This document shows positions 38,091 to 47,354 of a stretch of 64,000 nucleotides of DNA, piece after piece. The stretch's first letter is position 1, and each line of letters begins with the position of its first letter. This DNA comes from a virus. The position numbers and the translations under genes were made by a program. The notes beneath the pieces were generated by a model that was given only the letters and a program-made list of their open reading frames with translations, was not told the origin of the DNA and searched no databases. The stretch is from positions 1-64,000 of the IMG/VR virus record IMGVR_UViG_3300050025_000126, one strand, 5' to 3'.

Positions 38091-38380
38091 TGGCCGAAAA
38101 GGTGTTGCAAATTTGTCCTTGTCCTAAAGAAGTCAGGATTGCCTGGTATAACGCTGGGCGCATTGACTTACACAAACCTACATGTCTAGCAATTGTAGAA
38201 AGAGGCCTCACCCAGGAAGTAGTCTACCTAGAAACAGTTGACAACGTAATCGAAAGGGTAGATACTGAAGATAAAAATTTCTTGGGGTTTGTAGAGATTG
38301 ACGACTCTCAAGAAATAGCAAGACTTACCCAACAGGTCCAAGAACAATACCAAAAGGAACAAAGTGTCAAATCAAAGTAA
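38090..38380 (+). CDS. hypothetical protein
   Basis: TGATG coupling. Confidence 0.55.
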   Translation: MAEKVLQICPCPKEVRIAWYNAGRIDLHKPTCLAIVERGLTQEVVYLETVDNVIERVDTEDKNFLGFVEIDDSQEIARLTQQVQEQYQKEQSVKSK

Positions 38381-38990
38381 CGACTTTTGCACGCCACCCG
38401 AATTAGTACAGCCAATTAAAGAGTTTTTCGGAGGGAAGATAGACCTAGACCCATGTAGTAATAAGAACAGCTTGGTTAAGGCTTGTACGGAGCTGATGTT
38501 GCCAACCAATTCATTAATGCAGAATTGGTGCAAACTTGGAACAACTGTATTTGTAAATCCTCCTTATGCTCCTTACTATTTGAGTGAAGACGGAACGCTT
38601 TGTCTTTCTGCTTCTGAGCGTAAGGAATATACAGGCCCGGCCCACTTAATTCGTTATACAATTAAGACCTGGCTGTGGAAAGGGAAAGAGGAGGCTAAGA
38701 ATGGCTGCGAATTGATTTATCTTATTCCGGCTAGGGGAGCAGGCAGTTTGGTTTGGCAGGATATCATCTTCCCATATTCTGACGCTATTTGCTATTTAAA
38801 GAAGCGTACTCCATTTTGGGAGAATGGAGAGCCCTGCAAGGGTCCAGATGGTACAGTCAACCCTGGCACATTTGATTGTGCTCTGGTATACTTTGGGCCG
38901 CAGTATTGGGAATTTAAGAAACACTTCAGTAAGTTGGGGTACGTCTTAATTCAGGATATGGCTCTCCCAGAGGAAAGGCTAAACTCATGA
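38364..38990 (+). CDS. phage DNA N6-adenine methyltransferase (Dam-like)
   Basis: DFCTPPE, DLDPCS, FVNPPY, LIPAR motifs. Confidence 0.85.
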   Translation: MSNQSNDFCTPPELVQPIKEFFGGKIDLDPCSNKNSLVKACTELMLPTNSLMQNWCKLGTTVFVNPPYAPYYLSEDGTLCLSASERKEYTGPAHLIRYTIKTWLWKGKEEAKNGCELIYLIPARGAGSLVWQDIIFPYSDAICYLKKRTPFWENGEPCKGPDGTVNPGTFDCALVYFGPQYWEFKKHFSKLGYVLIQDMALPEERLNS

Positions 38991-39196
38991 AGGGCTGGAT
39001 TTACGTTGTTAATTGTCCCGAAGATTGGTCTAATACCGCTGGCGGACATAATTATCAAATTCTAGACGCACCGCATGTTATGGCGCAAAACAAAGACCCT
39101 AAGTGGGAATGTACTGAATGTAAAGCTATCATATCCGGAGTCGGATTGGACCCACCCGATCAGTGCTACAGCTGTATGGACAAGTGGCTAAAGTAG
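38987..39196 (+). CDS. small Cys-rich hypothetical protein
   Basis: CTEC…CYSC; ATGA overlap. Confidence 0.55.
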   Translation: MKGWIYVVNCPEDWSNTAGGHNYQILDAPHVMAQNKDPKWECTECKAIISGVGLDPPDQCYSCMDKWLK

Positions 39197-39254
39197 TCGT
39201 TCCTATGACAATTGATTCAAAACTAAGAACCCTAGATACCACCTGGAGAAACCG

Positions 39255-39497
39255 ATGAACTGTAACCGATGTGGAACCGAGTTAAGCGATTACAAAACGC
39301 TATGCATCAACTGTGGAAACGTAAATCAATCGCCTTACCAATACTTTAGGGTAGACGCCCAGAACGGTATTAGGTATTGGATTGAACAAATGCGTACTCA
39401 AAACGTAGAAGAGGCTATGAAGTTCATCGAAAAATACAAGCAGGACTACAAGGGCGTTCCTGTAAGGCTCAAGAAGGTGACAGAGGAAGAAGTATGA
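39255..39497 (+). CDS. Zn-ribbon hypothetical protein
   Basis: CNRCG…CINCG; GGAG RBS. Confidence 0.6.
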   Translation: MNCNRCGTELSDYKTLCINCGNVNQSPYQYFRVDAQNGIRYWIEQMRTQNVEEAMKFIEKYKQDYKGVPVRLKKVTEEEV

Positions 39498-39805
39498 AAT
39501 ATTACCACATTGCGTTCAATACTCCTTTTGGGCCAGGGACTTACTTTTACCGAGGGGAAAGTCATCCGTTTATGCCTAAAGCCTATGAAGAAAGTACCGG
39601 CAAGCTTGCTTCCAAATTAAATATTCAATACGCCACCAATGTATCTCCAGCGGCTATTACTTATGCTTCTGTTAATGAACTGCCTTTGGAAGTGGCTAAG
39701 GCCCGGTGGCCTGAGGATTTTGTGGAACCTGAAAAAGAAGAGTGTCCTCAATGTAAACTACTTACTAGTACACAATGTTGTACGGCATGCGGAAAGGGGT
39801 TTTAA
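39494..39805 (+). CDS. hypothetical protein
   Basis: ATGA overlap; GAGG RBS; C-terminal CxxC pair. Confidence 0.55.
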   Translation: MKYYHIAFNTPFGPGTYFYRGESHPFMPKAYEESTGKLASKLNIQYATNVSPAAITYASVNELPLEVAKARWPEDFVEPEKEECPQCKLLTSTQCCTACGKGF

Positions 39806-40050
39806 TGATTGATAAATATTCTGAGGCTGAAATGGACAAGGCTGGGAAAGTTGATGTGAAAAAAGTGTGGGTAGACTCAGAAGGATGGGTCTGGATGGAA
39901 TATATCTTACCATTCCCCCTTACATACATCTCAACGGTATTTTATGTAGCGGGAGAAAAAGAATTACCATCTCACCCCAATCTATGTAAGGCTGGGTGCG
40001 GCAATGAGACTGCGGAAAGATCTAAGGCTATTGTACGAGATTGCGTTTGA
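39805..40050 (+). CDS. hypothetical protein
   Basis: TAATG coupling at 39805. Confidence 0.45.
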   Translation: MIDKYSEAEMDKAGKVDVKKVWVDSEGWVWMEYILPFPLTYISTVFYVAGEKELPSHPNLCKAGCGNETAERSKAIVRDCV

Positions 40051-40270
40051 AATTCGCACATATAAATGTGTAGGTCTACCCAACGCCTTAAGCGGTTCAA
40101 TTAAAACTAAAAGAGGTAAGTTTGTCGCTTCGTTGCTTGAAGAGTTGTCTGAAAAGCTAATTAAAGATAGCGCTACAGCCCAAATGAAGATAGAGGTCCT
40201 AGAGGAAGAGATAGACGGATTGCGTAATGAAAATCAACAATTGACGGACCAGTTGTTAGATAATCTTTAG
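40004..40270 (+). CDS. coiled-coil hypothetical protein
   Basis: Heptad-rich C-terminus. Confidence 0.45.
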   Translation: MRLRKDLRLLYEIAFEIRTYKCVGLPNALSGSIKTKRGKFVASLLEELSEKLIKDSATAQMKIEVLEEEIDGLRNENQQLTDQLLDNL

Positions 40271-40300
40271 TATCTGTCTGGCATCAATCTTAGAGGTGCT

Positions 40301-40876
40301 ATGAATAATGGTGAAGTACAAGACGAGTTCGACCTGAGCATTACCAAACCTCTACCTAAAAAAGTAGAAGGTAACGCGGTTGGTCGTTTTTGGCCTGACA
40401 TGCTCTTGCCGCTTCGCGTCTTATATTCCCCTCTCCTTAGACTTCGCTTCCGCTCTACCTTTGCCTGCTGTGCTCACCAGGTTAACCTAGCCTGCCATAG
40501 AATGATTCTAAGTGACCCCGAAGAGGCCCCTAATCGCTTAGCAGTGGAATTTGAGCAGTTCGACCTAGTTCCCGGCCTTGGTATTGTTTACGTGCAGGAT
40601 TCGCAATGGCGTAAAGCCACACGAGGTGCTGTGCAGTTGTTTGAGGACGAGCAAGGGGTTTTAGCTTCTGCAATTGTAAGACTACCTGAGTCAGAAGACT
40701 CACCGCATCTAACGTTAGGCATTACGATGCATGAGATTGGACACTTGCTAGGATTGACGCATGGAGACGATCCTGGAAGTGTGATGTACTCGAATCCCAA
40801 GGTCAGACCACAAATTCTTTCAGACAAGGACGCCGATATCCTAAAAAGAATCTACGGTGGTAATACCAATCTTTAA
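40301..40876 (+). CDS. matrixin (M10)-type zinc metallopeptidase
   Basis: HEIGHLLGLTH plus Met-turn SVMY and LSDKD; CAATCTT at 40285. Confidence 0.85.
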   Translation: MNNGEVQDEFDLSITKPLPKKVEGNAVGRFWPDMLLPLRVLYSPLLRLRFRSTFACCAHQVNLACHRMILSDPEEAPNRLAVEFEQFDLVPGLGIVYVQDSQWRKATRGAVQLFEDEQGVLASAIVRLPESEDSPHLTLGITMHEIGHLLGLTHGDDPGSVMYSNPKVRPQILSDKDADILKRIYGGNTNL

Positions 40877-40891
40877 TATGTAGTACTTGAC

Positions 40892-41383
40892 ATGACACCA
40901 CCACGTACAGCCATCCCGTTAGGGCCTATTAGAGACGAAGAGTCTGGAACGATTTTAGTAACAGATACTATTCGGAGGCTAGGTAGATTGGAAGAGCAGC
41001 AAAATGAAATGTTACCAATCTTGGGCAAGGTCGCCGAGGCTGTCGACAACCTTACTACAGCTGTGGGCGACATCAAATCCGACGTCAAAACCATAGGTAG
41101 TGGATTTATTGCCTTTAGAATTGAGACCTCTGGATATGGCGGTCGGCTCCAGGTATTAGAAAACTTCCAAAATCGTCACGACACAATGAAATTAGACGAG
41201 CTTGAAAAGGCCCGCCTAAAAGCGGAAGCTGTATTAGAAAAAGATCGTATTGAAGCTGTCGCCATTTTAGAAACCAACCGCAAAGAACGAGTTGATCGCA
41301 GGAATAGAATTCTACAAACCGTTGGAACTGCTGTTAGCGGTTTCTTGGTTGCTCTTATCCTTGCTTGGCTTGGCTTGAAGTAG
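40892..41383 (+). CDS. coiled-coil protein with C-terminal TM (lysis-associated?)
   Basis: Coiled coil plus one C-terminal hydrophobic helix; CAATCTT at 40867. Confidence 0.55.
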   Translation: MTPPRTAIPLGPIRDEESGTILVTDTIRRLGRLEEQQNEMLPILGKVAEAVDNLTTAVGDIKSDVKTIGSGFIAFRIETSGYGGRLQVLENFQNRHDTMKLDELEKARLKAEAVLEKDRIEAVAILETNRKERVDRRNRILQTVGTAVSGFLVALILAWLGLK

Positions 41384-41407
41384 GCCTCCGACCCTAATCT
41401 TTAGGGT

Positions 41408-41722
41408 ATGTGCGACAACAAGAATTCGACAGCCGTAGACGGTGGTTTTTGGTCTAGAAAATTACTTTTTGCCTTGTTCAGCTCTATTATGATTTTGGCG
41501 GCATCTAAAATATGCCCTGGAGCTGGTCTTGGAGAGGTTGTTGTAGGGCTAGTTAGCGTATGTTCTTTATATTTGGGAGCAAATACTGTTGTCAAATGGA
41601 GGGCCGCTGACATTGAGAAGGCTAAAAATGAGCTTCCCGGCATGTTAGGTAAAATGGTAGACAAAGCAGTTGAAATCGCTGATAAAAAAGAAGACGCCGA
41701 GGACAAGGATAAAAATGACTAA
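41408..41722 (+). CDS. holin-like two-TM protein
   Basis: SRKLLFAL…YLGANTVVKW; TAATCTT 6 nt upstream; charged C-terminus. Confidence 0.6.
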   Translation: MCDNKNSTAVDGGFWSRKLLFALFSSIMILAASKICPGAGLGEVVVGLVSVCSLYLGANTVVKWRAADIEKAKNELPGMLGKMVDKAVEIADKKEDAEDKDKND

Positions 41723-42395
41723 TCAAGACAAAACAAATAAGGCCATAGCCCTTGGTAAGAAATTCTGTCCTGATTACAATGTCAAGCTAAAAAGTTCTAG
41801 CTGGGTACAAAAGGCTATCGGGTGGGTTCTAGGTAAAATTGGTAATAAAGATTACATGAATAGTTACTGTACCACGATGGGTCAAACCACCTACGTGCCC
41901 AATATGGACGGTGACTACTTGTGGGCAACTCTCCTACACGAAATCCAACACGCCAAAGACGCCCAAAAGATTAGTAACACCCTATTCGGTACAGCTTACC
42001 TTATGCCTCAGTTGCTCGGTATCCTGGGTGTCTTCTATACCCTCGTGGTTAGCATTGGCTGCGTGTTTGGCTGGCCTTTGGCGCTTCTATGGGGCTGTAC
42101 CTCTCTTTTATGTCTAGCGCCTCTACCGGCATTTGGGCGGGCCTATATTGAGGTAAGAGGTTATACCGTTTCCTTGGCTGTTTATTTTTGGGCCGGTGTG
42201 TTACAAGACGAACAGGCCTACATCGAATTCCTTGTTAATACTTTTAGTAGCGGGGCTTACTATTTTATGTGGCCGTTTAAATCTTGGGTTCGCTCCTACT
42301 TCCAACAGAAGCTCCAGGAGCTTAAGACCGGGCAGTTTCAATTAGACGCTTATCTGGCAGCGTGTAAGGTCCTGGCCAAAGATTTAGCCAACTAG
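41715..42395 (+). CDS. membrane HExxH metallopeptidase-like protein
   Basis: TTMGQTTY…LLHEIQH…two TM…EVRGY; AAGGA RBS. Confidence 0.65.
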   Translation: MTNQDKTNKAIALGKKFCPDYNVKLKSSSWVQKAIGWVLGKIGNKDYMNSYCTTMGQTTYVPNMDGDYLWATLLHEIQHAKDAQKISNTLFGTAYLMPQLLGILGVFYTLVVSIGCVFGWPLALLWGCTSLLCLAPLPAFGRAYIEVRGYTVSLAVYFWAGVLQDEQAYIEFLVNTFSSGAYYFMWPFKSWVRSYFQQKLQELKTGQFQLDAYLAACKVLAKDLAN

Positions 42396-43415
42396 AGCTG
42401 CCTCCTTTACAATTGATTGAACTACCGTATTAATTTCTTTCAGGTTCGGACTACTAGGCAGCAAGGTCTTTTTCAGAGCCAGTTGAATTAGGCTTTCTGC
42501 ATCGCTAGCCCAAGCCTCTATCTTTTCAAAAGGCCAAGAGCCTTCGCGGATTTCAATAAGTTCTTTTGCGTCTGGACGTTTGATGATTAGTGTACCAGTT
42601 TCAAGGCACTCTAGACATTCTCTATAGAGTCTAACCAAATGCATTAAATGCTTGGAGTCATATCCGCATTTCTCTTCCAACAGCTTTCGCTTAGGGTTTC
42701 TGGACTTAGCCCAATTATCGTAAGCTTCCTTTTGACTTACTAGAGCACTGTACCTCTTCTCCTTATACAAAAGCTCTACGAAGTTGGTTTCAAAGCCCAG
42801 GCCCTTGGCGGCTTCTTTGTATAAATCTAGCTGTTGGGTTTTGTCAATAGCCCAGTCGCCAGCCATCATATCCAGGACCTTTGTCACAGAGGCATCTGCT
42901 GCGTGGAGCTTGGGTACCATACTTCTAGCGGGCAGGCCGAATTCTTCGCGGGTGGGAATTTGAAGCACTGGGTTAAGAAGGTAGCCGCGATGCGTCCTGA
43001 TTTTATGGAGTTGGCCCTTTGCGTAACCGGCAAATGTAGCGGCAATTCTCTTAGACAAGAACGAGCGCCTAATGCTCCTAATCCTCTCCCACTGCGGAGT
43101 AGTCAATAGGATATCTGATTCGTCAACAAACAAAAGCTCTAAAATATTAGGATTGTTGTCATACGCCAGCTTGGCGAATTTCAACAAAGAAAACACCTCA
43201 AAATCATAAGGCTCTTTACCTTGAGCCTGGTCGAATTTTTCTACGAAACCAAACACAACCTCGGGCGGCAAAGTGGCTACACCTTTGATATCAACGTCCG
43301 ACCCTTCTATGTTTGTGTTATAGCAGTGACTACCAGCCAAGGTCAAAAAAATAACGTGTTCTTTCAACCATTTTGGATTTTGTGGATATTGAAGTGTGTC
43401 TAGATCTATTTTCAC
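42384..43415 (-). CDS. RlaP/YcgL-type (Pol-beta superfamily) nucleotidyltransferase
   Basis: AGSHCY…SDVDIKG, NNPNILELLF, GYDSKHLMHLVRL. Confidence 0.85.
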   Translation of the reverse strand: MKIDLDTLQYPQNPKWLKEHVIFLTLAGSHCYNTNIEGSDVDIKGVATLPPEVVFGFVEKFDQAQGKEPYDFEVFSLLKFAKLAYDNNPNILELLFVDESDILLTTPQWERIRSIRRSFLSKRIAATFAGYAKGQLHKIRTHRGYLLNPVLQIPTREEFGLPARSMVPKLHAADASVTKVLDMMAGDWAIDKTQQLDLYKEAAKGLGFETNFVELLYKEKRYSALVSQKEAYDNWAKSRNPKRKLLEEKCGYDSKHLMHLVRLYRECLECLETGTLIIKRPDAKELIEIREGSWPFEKIEAWASDAESLIQLALKKTLLPSSPNLKEINTVVQSIVKEAALVG

Positions 43416-44110
43416 TTAAGCCCCGCTTCTATCTGTCCCCTAGTCTTAGACCTATCCTTGGTCAAAGCCCAGTAAATATCTAATAGGTCGCCAGCGTTTT
43501 CAGGAATATAATGAACGTCTACCGCCTTTAACTGATCTAGGAAGTCCTTATAGTCAGTAAAACCTCGTTTGGTCAAATCAGCCAAGACAGAAATGGTCAT
43601 GTTGGTCGACTCTCTGCGGCCTAAACCAATCTTCTTGACTACCTTGGGAATTCTAATTAAAGAAGACAAAGGATAGTTAGAGCCCGTATAAGATGTAGTT
43701 TGCAAGGCCATATCCCGCTGAAAGCCCTCTGAACAATAAAAAGCTGTCAGGTCGTTCTCAAGGTTCATCCAAACCCCAATTTGGCAATGCGTAAAGTCAA
43801 AGCTGTCAACGAGAGCCCTTAAAGTAGGTTTGAAGTATTTACACAATTGGACCTTCTTGTCATCAATTGTAATTGTAGCGGCATTAAGGTCGTTCTTTTT
43901 GACCCCCAGCACATCGTTAGCCACTAATTCAAATACGGTTTGGGATTGTTGGGTTGGGTAAAGGTCTAAGTCATCGAATTCCTTAAGTAACCCTCCACCA
44001 GCCAAAACGACCGACCTGATGTGCTTGGATAGAAGATAATCCTTAACTGCCCCTCTTACCCTTTGTATCGCTCTTAGTCGGAATTCTTGCTTTAGCTTGT
44101 TGTCCATCAC
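43412..44110 (-). CDS. nucleotidyltransferase, CCA/poly(A) polymerase head-like
   Basis: LAGG…DDLDLY and SFDFTHCQ motifs. Confidence 0.7.
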   Translation of the reverse strand: MMDNKLKQEFRLRAIQRVRGAVKDYLLSKHIRSVVLAGGGLLKEFDDLDLYPTQQSQTVFELVANDVLGVKKNDLNAATITIDDKKVQLCKYFKPTLRALVDSFDFTHCQIGVWMNLENDLTAFYCSEGFQRDMALQTTSYTGSNYPLSSLIRIPKVVKKIGLGRRESTNMTISVLADLTKRGFTDYKDFLDQLKAVDVHYIPENAGDLLDIYWALTKDRSKTRGQIEAGLK

Positions 44111-44364
44111 TTCACAGCCTCAGGTAGGTGCTTCTTCCAAAACTCCGTCATAGCCTGGGCAATCAAAACGCCCACTGTATCCTGCAATTGCTCTGGATAC
44201 TGCATATAAGAAATTCTACCCCAGCCACGAACCCTAAGGGCAGCGTCGGTATCTTTCAATACGCCGTCTGCTACCATATTGTCCTTTGCGTCATAGATAT
44301 ACCCATGAACATATCGGAATGGTGGGTGATACAACGTCAGGGCTACTTTAGTGATTTCGTTCAT
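44107..44364 (-). CDS. hypothetical phage protein
   Basis: PPFRY…RVRGWGRI; promoter TTGACT-17-TATAAC at 44371-44399. Confidence 0.6.
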   Translation of the reverse strand: MNEITKVALTLYHPPFRYVHGYIYDAKDNMVADGVLKDTDAALRVRGWGRISYMQYPEQLQDTVGVLIAQAMTEFWKKHLPEAVK

Positions 44365-44400
44365 TTCTTGGTTATACCCTTCTTCTCCTAAATAGTCAAC

Positions 44401-44742
44401 TTAAAACGGAGCCTTTTCTACTTCTGGCTCTTTGCCTTTTCGGATGGCCCCGTAGTACCTTTGGTTAATTCCGCCATCTTTACAATTACAATCGTGACAA
44501 AGCAAGGATAATTTACCGTTTCCGTAGTCTTCTTCATATCGCGTCATCCTCATTTGAGGACTTAGCTTCCTAGCCTCGTATTCCTTGCCAAAGGGATGGT
44601 CGAATTCTAAATTTTCGCTGGACCCACACTTTCGGCACTTACCACCTAGCTTTATGATAAGAAACCCACACCTAATATCAAGTCTGGCTTTTGTTTTTAG
44701 CCATTCTTTATGATAGTTGCGTTTTCTTTTGTTTTGCGTCAT
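44401..44742 (-). CDS. small HNH endonuclease
   Basis: LGGKCRKCG…LEFDH…LLCHDCN. Confidence 0.8.
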   Translation of the reverse strand: MTQNKRKRNYHKEWLKTKARLDIRCGFLIIKLGGKCRKCGSSENLEFDHPFGKEYEARKLSPQMRMTRYEEDYGNGKLSLLCHDCNCKDGGINQRYYGAIRKGKEPEVEKAPF

Positions 44743-44820
44743 AATTAAGTTCGTCGGTAGAATCTCCTGGTCTCTCCGACACCCGTCTCAGCCCTAGTAG
44801 CCAGGCCTTGGTCTGAAACA

Positions 44821-45198
44821 TTGCAGACATATTATCACATCGGGTTTTTAAGTCAAGAAGTAATCTTAGGGGTAGGAAAGGCGGGTAGCCAAATCATAAT
44901 CCCTTCAGATGAAATTGTGTCCAAAAGCATCGTAGGAAAACTTGGGAACAAGGTCCTATGGGCGGTTTCAACCATTGGAGGACTTTTTCTAGTAGAATCT
45001 AGATCTCCAGACGGGTCCAAAACTGTCTTAGGAGCTGGTTCGCACCGAGGTGTCGCTCGCATGGTGGCTAAAAGACTACAGCCCGATATCGAATGGACGG
45101 TTTTAGAGAAAAACCAAGAAATTGATGAACGCGATGTCGAAGATATTTTACCGTTCTGGATTCAAGTCGTAGAGATGGCCCAAAAGAAACTAAGCTAA
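44821..45198 (+). CDS. hypothetical late protein (true start uncertain)
   Basis: ORF abuts 45199; annotated TTG lies upstream of the late motif. Confidence 0.5.
   Translation: MQTYYHIGFLSQEVILGVGKAGSQIIIPSDEIVSKSIVGKLGNKVLWAVSTIGGLFLVESRSPDGSKTVLGAGSHRGVARMVAKRLQPDIEWTVLEKNQEIDERDVEDILPFWIQVVEMAQKKLS
44829..44867. promoter_or_regulatory. back-to-back early(-)/late(+) promoter junction
   Basis: Minus: TTGACT-16-TAATAT; plus: TAATCTT. Confidence 0.65.
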
Positions 45199-46026
45199 AT
45201 GGAATCTCCTGGTCTAAAGCCTACAGTCAACAGTATTCGTTTCCCTACAGCTACTAGCGTCGCGTTTGACCTACAGGCTTTCAACGATGGTATTGCCGCT
45301 CACGGATTACTTTTTATTCATCTCCGAGCCATGCGTGACCCCGTTGGTTTAATTGATAAATTTGACGCCCGAAGGCCTAATCCTAGTAGTAAGGAAGCTC
45401 TTAATGGATGTATTCATACTCGGGCAGGCATAGTCAGAGCGTTGTGTCTTGGTAACACTAAAGAAACAAAAGCTTCCGATGCAGGACTAACTGACTCGGC
45501 TCAGGCTCAATTCACCCCATTGAGTCAATATGAAGACACAGGTAAAAGAGTGTTCCTGGCCCCTTATGACCGATTGCTATTGCAAGAAGAATCGGTTTTG
45601 GTGACGAGACACGAATTGATAGAAGCTTCCCCCACTGGTATTGACCGTCCAAAATTCCCGGCTGTGGAGATACTAGACTGTATCGACGCTAACAGCATCA
45701 GGTATCACCAGGGTACCGATTTTGAGATTACTCAAGACGGATTAATTGTATGGAAAGATAGAAGGCCTGGACAAGATGTATCCTCTGGGAAAGGAATTGT
45801 TTTTGGAATTAGGTACGTCTATAGACCGTTTTGGATTGTCGCTAGGATGATTCACGAAATTAGAATGGTACAATGCGATAATTTTCTAACTGGCGAACGT
45901 ACCATGGTCCAAGCGCCTCAATCAGCATTGATCTATCGCGAATTCTATTTTGAAAGCGAAGCCGCTGATTCTGGCACTAGAGCGTCAGAAGAAGGCCCTT
46001 CCAACGGGCAAATAACTGCTCAATAG
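45199..46026 (+). CDS. putative neck/head-closure protein
   Basis: YHQGTDFEI…GIRYVYRPFWIV…HEIR pattern recalled from large-myovirus neck proteins. Confidence 0.5.
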   Translation: MESPGLKPTVNSIRFPTATSVAFDLQAFNDGIAAHGLLFIHLRAMRDPVGLIDKFDARRPNPSSKEALNGCIHTRAGIVRALCLGNTKETKASDAGLTDSAQAQFTPLSQYEDTGKRVFLAPYDRLLLQEESVLVTRHELIEASPTGIDRPKFPAVEILDCIDANSIRYHQGTDFEITQDGLIVWKDRRPGQDVSSGKGIVFGIRYVYRPFWIVARMIHEIRMVQCDNFLTGERTMVQAPQSALIYREFYFESEAADSGTRASEEGPSNGQITAQ

Positions 46027-46054
46027 CAATCTTCCTAAATAGGAGAAATACAAA

Positions 46055-46507
46055 ATGACTGACATCGTAGCCACCGTAGAAAATGCAGTAAAAGCCGCTG
46101 AACCCGTAGTTGTAGCAGAAGCCGCAAAGGTCGAAGCCGCAGTCGCCCCTGTTGTAGCTGTTGTAGAGACTAAAGCTCAAGAAGTCGCCAAGACTCTATC
46201 TGATATGGCTGTAGAAGCTGTTAAGGCCGCTGAAAAAGAACTAGAAGTAGCTAAGGCCAAGGCTGCTACTGTAAAGGCTGACCTGGAAGCTTCCCTAGCT
46301 AAAGAAGCAGACCGCGTTAAATCGGAGCTTGCTAAGATTCAGGCAATTACAGAAGTCAAGAAAGTAGAACAAGCTGTTGCCTCCGTAGCCAAAGAAGTGG
46401 TGGCCGAAGAAGCAACAGTTGTTAAAGGTCATCCTAATCTAGTAGCGCTTGTAATTGCTGTAGTAAGTCTAGCTATTGGTGTTGTCGGTACCTTGATTCT
46501 AAAGTAA
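46055..46507 (+). CDS. Ala/Val/Glu/Lys-rich coiled coil with C-terminal TM
   Basis: CAATCTT at 46027, AGGAGA RBS. Confidence 0.65.
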   Translation: MTDIVATVENAVKAAEPVVVAEAAKVEAAVAPVVAVVETKAQEVAKTLSDMAVEAVKAAEKELEVAKAKAATVKADLEASLAKEADRVKSELAKIQAITEVKKVEQAVASVAKEVVAEEATVVKGHPNLVALVIAVVSLAIGVVGTLILK

Positions 46508-47278
46508 TTACGACACCTTGCGGCGGAAGCGTCTCCCCGGAGTGGTGCTACCGGTGCAACTTGGCCAAATAACAGGAATATAACCAACAGAAGCCTTCAC
46601 CTTCTTCCATCCGCGCTTACACGTATAATACTGGTCATTTTCCTTAATAACCTCTGTAGGCTCCAATTCTCGATACTTAGAGGCCTTCTTTGCTGGCTTC
46701 TTTTCAACCACATCTACCAATTCCAACTCATGGTCGGCATACTTAGGCGTATCTCCTCCGACTACCAAAACAAAGTTGCGCCATGATTCTGGGGCGTCTT
46801 TCTCTAGGACCTTAAAGACCTTACCAATTTCGCCCTTGCGTCCTGCGTGAAGAATCTTGACACTTTGACCAACCTTGAACTTGGTTTCAACGGGCTTAAC
46901 AATCTTGCGGCGACACCGACCTGCGTTACAAGCTGACAAGTGTTCTGTTCCCGGCTGCGTACAACCGTGGTCATAGGTATGCCACTCCTTATGGTCGTCT
47001 GTCCACTGATCTCCTTTTTGAATGACGTCGCCCACCTTCAAATAATAGTAATCATTATTGGTAGGGTCTGGGCGGTACCAGTTCCGACAAATCTCTTCAT
47101 CCCGCAGAACGTTATTGCCAACATTCCTAGAAATGACCGGCTCTGACTTGGCATACTTGTAGAGCCAAAGGTCGCCTTCCTTGATAACATCTCCATACTT
47201 AAGGAAGCGTCCTGGGGGCAAAACTTCTCGTACTTGCTCTGTCTTGGTGATTTCGCGGGTCCACACATGTTCGTTCAT
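46508..47278 (-). CDS. RRK-module protein (3 modules + KOW-like domain)
   Basis: LPPGRFLKYGD…YRP; YYYLKVGD…CRRKI; FKVGQSVKI…GEIGKV; KYRELEPTE…FRRKV. Confidence 0.85.
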   Translation of the reverse strand: MNEHVWTREITKTEQVREVLPPGRFLKYGDVIKEGDLWLYKYAKSEPVISRNVGNNVLRDEEICRNWYRPDPTNNDYYYLKVGDVIQKGDQWTDDHKEWHTYDHGCTQPGTEHLSACNAGRCRRKIVKPVETKFKVGQSVKILHAGRKGEIGKVFKVLEKDAPESWRNFVLVVGGDTPKYADHELELVDVVEKKPAKKASKYRELEPTEVIKENDQYYTCKRGWKKVKASVGYIPVIWPSCTGSTTPGRRFRRKVS

Positions 47279-47305
47279 TGATATTCTCCTGAGTTGTTAA
47301 AAGTA

Positions 47306-47344
47306 ATAATACCAAAGGTTCGTAGGCGAGTCAACAACAATCTT
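47306..47344. promoter_or_regulatory. back-to-back early(-)/late(+) promoter junction
   Basis: Minus: TTGACT-17-TATTAT; plus: CAATCTT; identical 15-mer. Confidence 0.75.
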
Positions 47345-47354
47345 TTCTTTAAAG

